From the IMG/VR virus record IMGVR_UViG_3300037634_000027, positions 1 to 36,444 of that record: DNA of 36,444 nucleotides, one strand, 5' to 3'. Made by a program: the position numbers and the translations under genes. Shown piece after piece: positions 18,222-25,251 of this stretch (positions within the stretch are counted from its first letter, which is position 1; each line of letters opens with the position of its first letter). The notes below the pieces were generated by a model. That model ran no database searches, was not told the DNA's origin, and saw only the letters and a program-made list of their open reading frames with translations. The stretch comes from a virus (Duplodnaviria; Caudoviricetes).

Positions 18222-18618
18222 CTACTACTACCCTTGACCTGTTAACAAGATGAGCTGCCTGAATATCTTTTTTGTTTTGACCAGTATATTCAACAGCGTG
18301 ATGATGTTTTAAAAGTTCTTTACACAACCATTTCTTGCCCACTTTAAAATCCCCAAGGTATCTACCGTATTTGCCTTTTTCATGGGTTCTCAAAATGACC
18401 TTTGTACCTACTGGCATAAAGGCTTCTACAAACTTTTTAGCTAAAAGCCCGAATTTCTTTTCTGTTTTGTCACGGGTACGAGACTCGGGAGTATCAACTC
18501 CAAACAAACGAATGCGGCCACTACTCCCACGAATAACGACATTCCAACCAAGATCAACATCAACATCGACAGTATCTCCATCAACGATTTTTACAACAGT
18601 AGCTTTGTACTCATACAT
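18211..18618 (-). CDS. staphylococcal nuclease (thermonuclease) family protein
   Basis: VDGDT, RIRLFGVDTPES and KYGRYLG catalytic motifs; no signal peptide. Confidence 0.92.
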   Translation of the reverse strand: MYEYKATVVKIVDGDTVDVDVDLGWNVVIRGSSGRIRLFGVDTPESRTRDKTEKKFGLLAKKFVEAFMPVGTKVILRTHEKGKYGRYLGDFKVGKKWLCKELLKHHHAVEYTGQNKKDIQAAHLVNRSRVVVDAS

Positions 18619-19045
18619 AGGTATTTGTCTTAATCATATCAGTTACTTCCAAGGCTCGACCTTTTACTTGCTTGGCCCACAAACTGTCTAAAAACTCTAC
18701 GCTTGCTAAGTTATGGTTGCCTGACTCCATATGAGCAATAGCTTTTTTGAACTTAGAAAATCGAACCCGGCCCAGATTAAAGTGCATATTGATAATTCCG
18801 TCACGCCTAGCCCCATCTTCCAGATCATTAAACCAAGGGTATTCCTTGGCTAATTCTGCAATTGTTCGAGCTACGTCATTGCTGAGCATATAGTCTATTT
18901 CTGTGTCGCTTATGCCCATGCCTTTGTTAGGGCCATCAGGGTGGATATTCCGTCCCGCGCCAATGTGCCAAGTACCAAACTGATCCTTATACGCATGGTT
19001 TTTAACGCCTTCATGACGCTTGAGTTGTGCAATTAACTTGTCCAT
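18611..19045 (-). CDS. endolysin, T4-lysozyme-like (GH24) muramidase
   Basis: Start reassigned to MDKLIAQLKRHEG (ATG at 19045, just after the upstream stop). HEG...YKD...HIGAG, INMHFNLG and DSLWAKQVKGRA match T4 lysozyme motifs. Confidence 0.92.
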   Translation of the reverse strand: MDKLIAQLKRHEGVKNHAYKDQFGTWHIGAGRNIHPDGPNKGMGISDTEIDYMLSNDVARTIAELAKEYPWFNDLEDGARRDGIINMHFNLGRVRFSKFKKAIAHMESGNHNLASVEFLDSLWAKQVKGRALEVTDMIKTNTYV

Positions 19046-19046
19046 C

Positions 19047-19514
19047 TTAATTTCCGTTATGAGAGCTTCCGAAGTAGAAGCTGGCAATGCCACTAACAAG
19101 ACCCCCAAGATAACCAAGAACGAGGTTGACAATAGCATCGTCATTGCTTTCAGGAGCTTGTAGCGTAACCATAAATATATACGCCAAAAACCCAACCATT
19201 GCCAAAATTGCAATAAGCTTGGGCGTAGGGTCTTTAGCAAAAGTCTTTCTTGCGTCTTGCCTATCTTCCGTTTCAAGTCGAAACCCCTCGATATTCGCAG
19301 TGAGCTTTTTTATCTCTAATTCTGCGTCTTGCAGCACTTCGGCCTTTTCTGGTTCATTCTCAACCACTTCTTCAATCTGTTCTATGCTGGAGTTTTCTGG
19401 CATTCCTAGCTTTTTAGCTGCCAGCTTAATTGCCATTCCCGCAATAGGATTGCTGCTGGTTACTGTTTTAAGTAACGTAGGAGCCAATGCTCCTAGTAAA
19501 CCTTTAAGTTTCAT
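19047..19514 (-). CDS. putative holin
   Basis: 155 aa; N-terminal amphipathic segment, two C-terminal TM helices ending YFGSS; immediately upstream of the endolysin. Confidence 0.65.
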   Translation of the reverse strand: MKLKGLLGALAPTLLKTVTSSNPIAGMAIKLAAKKLGMPENSSIEQIEEVVENEPEKAEVLQDAELEIKKLTANIEGFRLETEDRQDARKTFAKDPTPKLIAILAMVGFLAYIFMVTLQAPESNDDAIVNLVLGYLGGLVSGIASFYFGSSHNGN

Positions 19515-19552
19515 AAAAGATTAACCATAACTTGATAAGAGCTTCCACATTA

Positions 19553-19780
19553 CTAACCGCTTTTGTCAGTTGCTTCAGCCTCTTCCTCCTCGACAATTTC
19601 GTCAATAGTATCGCAAACATCAGGAACCGCTATGCCAGTTGTAACTTCAGTAGCTACGCGACCTACAGCCCTAATACCTTTATAGACTCCAGAGCAATAC
19701 AACTCTTTATTTGCAATCATCTCTTCTGAAACTGTGCAAGAGCTTAACCCTACTAACCCCACTAATAATAAATTACGCAT
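19553..19780 (-). CDS. small lipoprotein (o-spanin candidate)
   Basis: MRNLLLVGLVGLSSC lipoprotein signal with lipobox; two further Cys; lies in the lysis region. Confidence 0.6.
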   Translation of the reverse strand: MRNLLLVGLVGLSSCTVSEEMIANKELYCSGVYKGIRAVGRVATEVTTGIAVPDVCDTIDEIVEEEEAEATDKSG

Positions 19781-20471
19781 TTTGAGATTTTCCCCGTGAT
19801 AAAAATTTTAACAGCCTCTTCTTGTACCCCGGCATAAAATGGTCAGATATGGCTTCTTTTTTAGCGCTCATAAAATCCCGCCTCTTTAGCTCTGAGGAAG
19901 GATCAACAAAGTCATCGCCATTGTTAGCATGGAATATGATGCTTTGACTGACGCTAGGGCCATAACAAAGGCGCGGTATACGCGCAACCAAGTCACTTCC
20001 TGACACCACAGACACCTGATCTTTTAAGTTCATTGGACGCTTAAAACCTTTAAAGAAAGTATTAGGCTTGCCAAAGGTAACTAACGATAACTGCGTGTGT
20101 TTCTTGTGTATTTTTGCTGCTGACAACTCAGCAAGAGCGCCACCTAAGCTGTGTCCACAAATCAACGTAGGTTTATCGAAATCAATATGCTTCTTTATCT
20201 TGCCCCAGACAGAGGCGTGAGCTGCGACAAAACCTGAATGGCATAGCCTGCCTGCATAGGGAACAGGAATTGCACTAAGATTAAACAGCCAGTCGCGTAG
20301 CTGTTGAGTGCCGCGAAAACAAATAATGTCATTGTGTTTTCGTTTAACCACAAACGCAGTGGTAGAGGTAAGTCTTGATTCTATCTTTATGGCGTTTTCT
20401 ATCTCGTCTTCATAAGCCAAGGCCGCATACTTACAAGCATTTTCCAGTACATACCGCTCAGCTTTCGCCAT
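19773..20471 (-). CDS. class 3 lipase (alpha/beta hydrolase)
   Basis: FRGT oxyanion motif, HSGF, GHSLGG nucleophile elbow (20139-20156), TFGKP, DLVARIP (Asp) and DHFM (His). Confidence 0.92.
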   Translation of the reverse strand: MAKAERYVLENACKYAALAYEDEIENAIKIESRLTSTTAFVVKRKHNDIICFRGTQQLRDWLFNLSAIPVPYAGRLCHSGFVAAHASVWGKIKKHIDFDKPTLICGHSLGGALAELSAAKIHKKHTQLSLVTFGKPNTFFKGFKRPMNLKDQVSVVSGSDLVARIPRLCYGPSVSQSIIFHANNGDDFVDPSSELKRRDFMSAKKEAISDHFMPGYKKRLLKFLSRGKSQNA

Positions 20472-20476
20472 ATTAA

Positions 20477-21022
20477 TTACTCATTGTCATTAAGTGGATT
20501 GTCTAGCATTTGTTGAATTCTACTTTCCAGATCGTCTCGTATCTCTCTTAATTCTAAGTCTACATCTCTAAGTGTATCGTTTACCCGCTCTTCTAAGGCA
20601 TACACATCGTCTCTAAGCTCTCTAGTGGTATCTGCCACGGTATCCTCTGCCGTCCTTGCAATGCTCTCAGACTGCCTCACATCGCTTTCTATAGTGTCTA
20701 TCTGGTCATTAATGTTTGCCAACATACGCTGATTCTGGGCTTGCATAGCATCGGTTTCATTTCTTAGCGAGTCTTCTACTGTATCAAGTATACGAGATTG
20801 GTCTGTAAGCCGTGTTTCTAGGACTGCTAAAGCCTCATCGTAGCCACTAAAGTCAGGACTGACATACTCAGTAATGGCGGTCTCAGCATCAATTAAGCGC
20901 TGGTATACTTCAAAGCCGCCCCACATAGACCCACCAATCGCCCCCAAAAGAGGAACTATAAGGAGTATCTTGCTGCCGCTTATCGTAGCTCCGCCAAACT
21001 CTAATTCTGTCTTATCGTTCAT
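20477..21022 (-). CDS. membrane-anchored coiled-coil protein
   Basis: 181 aa; one N-terminal TM segment (ILLIVPLLGAIGGSMWGGF) followed by a long acidic heptad-patterned helix ending LDNPL. Confidence 0.75.
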   Translation of the reverse strand: MNDKTELEFGGATISGSKILLIVPLLGAIGGSMWGGFEVYQRLIDAETAITEYVSPDFSGYDEALAVLETRLTDQSRILDTVEDSLRNETDAMQAQNQRMLANINDQIDTIESDVRQSESIARTAEDTVADTTRELRDDVYALEERVNDTLRDVDLELREIRDDLESRIQQMLDNPLNDNE

Positions 21023-23471
21023 ACTGTTGTCCTACCAAGTCCTGAAAGCGCTGTGCGCCCTGTCCTTGCAAGGCTCTTACATTTCCATCTACAGGCGCAT
21101 TTCCACCGTATATTTCTCTGGACTGATACCACTGCTGCTGATCAATCAAGTCTATGTTGTACGCCTCTACGCCTTCAACTCTGCCCATCAGGAGAATGGT
21201 TAAAGACTGATCGTCAAATCCACCAGAGTCTTGCATTCCCTCTAGCTGTGAATCTTGAGCTTGCTCAATCTCTGCACTGGTCATAGTTTGTATGGCGTTC
21301 TCAGCCCTGCGAACAGTCTGCTGCTCTTCTACGCTAGGAGGAGCAACATCAAATTGCCCAAAGTCTGGAGCCTGTTGGCTTAGAAACTGACCGACACTCT
21401 GACCTGCACCTAACGCATCGTTAAAGTCTTGCTCAAACTGCATCTGTTGGGCTGAATCGCCTAAATCTTGTGTAGCTTCTAACTCTTCAGACTCTTCTGT
21501 TTCTTCCATCTGTACACTAGCAGTCTGGGTAATGATCTCTTGTTCTACTGTCTGAACATCGAAAAAGCCCGTATCTACCTGCTGAATAACCTGTTGCTGC
21601 TGCTGTTGTTCTTGTTGGACTTCCTGCTGTTGTACTTCTTCCCGTCTGACTTCCTGCATAGCAAGCTGTACATTGCTTATATCACCGTAAACCGCATCTA
21701 TTTCGGCAACCGCAGTAGAGGCAAGTTGTTCTGTTACTTGAAGTAATTCAGATTTAATGTCTAAGGTATCAACGGCAAAGTTGCTTTGAGTGGTGCTTAC
21801 AATGCCTACGCCGCCATAATTAAAAGACATATCTACCGATTCAGAGCTGGTAAAAGAGCTTTGGCTTTCCATTGTACTTTGCGAGTTGAAAGAGCTTTGA
21901 GCGGCAAAAGCGCTAGTCTGGGCCACAATGTTTAAAGCAAGACCAGTAACATCAAGAGGCGAGGCCGTAGGCTCAACTATTATTGCTACCTCTTCTACTT
22001 CCTCAATAATTTCTTCTTCAATGATCTCTTCTGCCTCTACAATCTCTATAACTTCTTCTGGCTCTTCAATTACTTCTTCTACTTCTACAATTTCAATAAT
22101 CTCTTCGGGTTCTTCAAAGATTTCTTCTTCAAAGACTTCTTCGACTTCTTCAATAATTTCTACCACTTCAATCGGCTCTTCAAAGACCTCCTCAAACACC
22201 TCTTCCTCAAAAACCTCTACGATGACTTCTTCAAACACTTCCTCAAAAGTTTCTTCAAAAACCTCTTCTATCTCTTCAACTTCAATAACTTCCACAACCT
22301 CAATTACAGGTAGGTCATCAATTCCATCATCACCACCAAAGCCAAAATCATCCCCATTAAAAACATCGTTATCAACCACAACAACAATAGTATCTTGCCC
22401 AGTATTATCTTCATCGTAACCGTCTAAGTCATAACCGTAAAAATCTTCTTCGTTATAACCAAGCGCGTTATCGTCATAGCCTAAAGAGACAATCGTGTTG
22501 GTGTCTGTAGTGTCTGTGTAATCTACCCCGTCATCATCGTCATCAACAAAGTAATAGTCAGTTACGTCATCCCCATCCACAACGTCAGTGTATTCATCTG
22601 TAGCGTTTGAAGTAAGAACAGTGTCCCAATACCCAGAGCAAGACACATCATAACTGGCATCTGCCGCGCACTGTTGTGCTGTGTATGCTGCCTCATATCC
22701 GGTGCATTCAGAGCTATACAAAGCGTTAGCATCACACTGCTGCGTTAAGTAAGCCGCATCGTAGTTGCTACAAGAGGTACTAAACAATCCACTACTACTG
22801 CACTGACTGGCAAAGCTGGCAGCATAGAGGCTTCCCCCGTTCTCCAGAACAGCACCACCAAAAGTAGAATCCCATGAATCCCAAGTAGGATAAGCGTTGC
22901 TCTTGTCATAATATCTATAGGTTCTATGAACTGTGCTGCTGTTTTGTTCGCCAATCAATACGTCATGCTTGGCAATATCTAATGCGCCATAGCGGTATTC
23001 GTAACTGTCGTTAGCCCACAAGATCGCTTCAAAGTTGTTGCTCCCTCTATGGTTCGGATAGCTGTACTCTTTCATGCCGTACCAGCCAAACACCACATAA
23101 TCACTAAAGGACTTAAACAACATCTTGGAACTGTTATTACGAATTAAATCAGTCCAAAAGGGGTAAAGCGTTTGATCCCTGTAAGGCAAAGGCTGTGGAG
23201 TGTAATCACTACAGTTAAGCCCTGAAAAGTTGACACAGCCATTAGTGGACATCTTTGCGCGTGTGTAATTGGTTCCGTAAAAGTCAAAGTCAAAACCGAA
23301 ATTAGGACTCCAGCCAGAAACTTGGTCATCGCCAGCGTTCATGTTAGTAGTGCCTGACATTCCTGACAGGTCAATTAGCGCTTGCCCACTTTCGTAAATA
23401 TAAACACTGGGATCGCTAGTGCTTGCGCCATAAGCTGTAGAACAAAACACCAAGGCTAATAACCATCTCAT
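21012..23471 (-). CDS. exported protein: NIDO-like domain, Cys repeats, long acidic linker
   Basis: Sec signal MRWLLALVFCSTAYGA; GFDFDFYG..Y....MSTNG.V.F...YPFWTDL...NFEAILW resembles nidogen-like domains; three 22-aa Cys-pair repeats; D-rich then E/V/I-rich tract. Confidence 0.75.
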   Translation of the reverse strand: MRWLLALVFCSTAYGASTSDPSVYIYESGQALIDLSGMSGTTNMNAGDDQVSGWSPNFGFDFDFYGTNYTRAKMSTNGCVNFSGLNCSDYTPQPLPYRDQTLYPFWTDLIRNNSSKMLFKSFSDYVVFGWYGMKEYSYPNHRGSNNFEAILWANDSYEYRYGALDIAKHDVLIGEQNSSTVHRTYRYYDKSNAYPTWDSWDSTFGGAVLENGGSLYAASFASQCSSSGLFSTSCSNYDAAYLTQQCDANALYSSECTGYEAAYTAQQCAADASYDVSCSGYWDTVLTSNATDEYTDVVDGDDVTDYYFVDDDDDGVDYTDTTDTNTIVSLGYDDNALGYNEEDFYGYDLDGYDEDNTGQDTIVVVVDNDVFNGDDFGFGGDDGIDDLPVIEVVEVIEVEEIEEVFEETFEEVFEEVIVEVFEEEVFEEVFEEPIEVVEIIEEVEEVFEEEIFEEPEEIIEIVEVEEVIEEPEEVIEIVEAEEIIEEEIIEEVEEVAIIVEPTASPLDVTGLALNIVAQTSAFAAQSSFNSQSTMESQSSFTSSESVDMSFNYGGVGIVSTTQSNFAVDTLDIKSELLQVTEQLASTAVAEIDAVYGDISNVQLAMQEVRREEVQQQEVQQEQQQQQQVIQQVDTGFFDVQTVEQEIITQTASVQMEETEESEELEATQDLGDSAQQMQFEQDFNDALGAGQSVGQFLSQQAPDFGQFDVAPPSVEEQQTVRRAENAIQTMTSAEIEQAQDSQLEGMQDSGGFDDQSLTILLMGRVEGVEAYNIDLIDQQQWYQSREIYGGNAPVDGNVRALQGQGAQRFQDLVGQQYER

Positions 23472-24751
23472 CTTCTGCCCCTGCTGCCGTAACGCCTGTA
23501 CTGGTAGTCAGATTCTATTTCTTCCGGCTCTTCTGCTTCAGCTTCCCAAGCTATCTGAGCTTCTTCGCCTATTAACCCTTCGTAGGGACAAGGAGTTCCT
23601 GCCATTCGCATAGCGTCAAATACTCGTTCGTCCTGACACATCAGGCTTACCGCAGCCACTCGCATTCCCATGTCATACAGGGTCTTGCCTAGCTTAATTC
23701 TTTCGCAGTTTTCATCAGTAATAGAGCGACCCCCAGAGAAGCCAAATATCTGCGTTTGTATTGCTCCTGACACGCCAGTAGTACAGAGGTCTTGCGAGTA
23801 ACTAGAGCCAATGCTTGGCGCTATTGCGCTAGGCGGTGGTGATTCTATTCGTTGAGTTACCCGCTGGCTGCTTGTTGATTGGCTTGTGTTGTTGTTTGTA
23901 TTCGTATTGTTAGCCGTAGAGCTTACTTCGCTGTTTGATTGGCTAAAATCGTTGTTAGTGCTTACGTTATTACTGCTAGAAGTTTGATTAACAGTCGAGG
24001 TGTTAGTGTTCGTGTTAGTGCTGGTGTTCGTGTTATTAGAGGTCGTATCGCCTGTGTAGTTAGTCGTGTTGCTGTTGGTGTTATTGCTTACCGACGAACC
24101 CGTGTAGTTCGTGGTGTTACTGTTATCCGATGTTGAATTATTCGTATTGGTATTAGTTGAATTATTCGTTGAAGTAGAGACATTGGTGTTGCTATTCGTA
24201 TTGGTGTTTGTGGCCGCAGATGTTGAATTCGTTGTATTGCTATTCGTGTTCGTGGTGACACCCGTATAGTTAGTAGTGTTGTTATTAACATTGTTTGAGT
24301 TAGTTGTGCCATCGTAAGTCGTTGTGTTCGTATTTGCGTTAGTGTTTACGTTAGTGGAATTGTTCGTGTTTACCCCAGTGTAATTCGTATTATTTGTGTT
24401 GTTATTGGTGTTGGCATTGGTATTAGTGCTATTTGACGTATTCGTATTTACGGACGTATTTGATCCCGTGTAGTTCGTTGTATTGCTGTTCGTATTGGTG
24501 TTGCTACCCGTATAAGTCGTTGTATTTACGTTAGTATTATCGTTTGAGTTGGTGTTTGTGTTGACGTTAGTGCTAGTTGACGTATTGGTATTTGTAGACG
24601 TATTGGTATTTACGTTCGTATTGTTGTTGTTATTTGTAGACGTATTGGTAGTGGTAGACGTATTAGTAGTCGTAATATTAGTGTTCGTGTCCTGGGCGAA
24701 CACAGGAGAAGCCACCAGCAACAAAACGCTGAAAAATAATTTTTTCATCAC
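23468..24751 (-). CDS. exported Asn/Thr-repeat protein with Cys-rich C-terminal domain
   Basis: GGAGGT RBS; signal peptide ending VFA/QD; about 270 aa of N/T/S repeats; C-terminal PPPSAIAP...DLC...NCERIKL...MCQD...GTPCP domain. Confidence 0.8.
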   Translation of the reverse strand: MMKKLFFSVLLLVASPVFAQDTNTNITTTNTSTTTNTSTNNNNNTNVNTNTSTNTNTSTSTNVNTNTNSNDNTNVNTTTYTGSNTNTNSNTTNYTGSNTSVNTNTSNSTNTNANTNNNTNNTNYTGVNTNNSTNVNTNANTNTTTYDGTTNSNNVNNNTTNYTGVTTNTNSNTTNSTSAATNTNTNSNTNVSTSTNNSTNTNTNNSTSDNSNTTNYTGSSVSNNTNSNTTNYTGDTTSNNTNTSTNTNTNTSTVNQTSSSNNVSTNNDFSQSNSEVSSTANNTNTNNNTSQSTSSQRVTQRIESPPPSAIAPSIGSSYSQDLCTTGVSGAIQTQIFGFSGGRSITDENCERIKLGKTLYDMGMRVAAVSLMCQDERVFDAMRMAGTPCPYEGLIGEEAQIAWEAEAEEPEEIESDYQYRRYGSRGRR

Positions 24752-24781
24752 TCACTATGACCTCCCCCTTATTTTAACTGT

Positions 24782-25240
24782 TTAACTTGGCTCCGTAGGC
24801 CATGTGACTGAATTAGGAAAACCACCTTGAGCTGGGACATCTCTTAAAGCCTGACGATAAGTTGCCCACGCAGATGGCAATGTAAGATCACTTCCAGCCC
24901 TCCAATCTGTTAAAGCTAACCTAGCATCTCGCTCAGACCTCACGTTAATAGCAAGCGTTTCATCCCGACTTGCAATCTCATCCTCTGACATAGCCGTAGC
25001 AGTATGAGCAAGAACCCATGACCCACTCACTAAAACAGGAGTAGTTGCATAAGAAAGCTTTTGATTGGCTCCCAATGAGGCTGTTGTAATGTTCGCAGGA
25101 TATACGTTTACCTCTGCTAACATTGCTTCTGTCGGAGAAGCAGGAAAAGAAGTATTTGGGTTATCTTTTCTAAGTTGCTTCAAAGAATAAGGATACGTTT
25201 TTACATCCCCTCCTGAATCTAACAATACATAATCTGACAT
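24782..25240 (-). CDS. tail fibre assembly chaperone
   Basis: C-terminal RSERDARLALTDW...W..YRQALRDVP...FP..V.WP..P motif; follows the fibre genes. Confidence 0.85.
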   Translation of the reverse strand: MSDYVLLDSGGDVKTYPYSLKQLRKDNPNTSFPASPTEAMLAEVNVYPANITTASLGANQKLSYATTPVLVSGSWVLAHTATAMSEDEIASRDETLAINVRSERDARLALTDWRAGSDLTLPSAWATYRQALRDVPAQGGFPNSVTWPTEPS

Positions 25241-25251
25241 TTTAATTCTCC

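Noticed and set aside
19046-19276. N-terminal hydrophobic extension of the endolysin (possible SAR or signal anchor)
   Set aside because: It overlaps the holin-like gene in another frame; the ATG at 19045 gives a normal-length T4-like lysozyme right after the holin stop.
21928-22419. 163-aa Ser/Thr-rich plus-strand ORF
   Set aside because: Antisense shadow of the GAA/GTA-rich acidic tract of the 819-aa gene; no independent evidence.
23870-24690. CRISPR array or DNA-level satellite
   Set aside because: The repeats are degenerate at synonymous positions and explained by protein sequence; there is no repeat-spacer structure.
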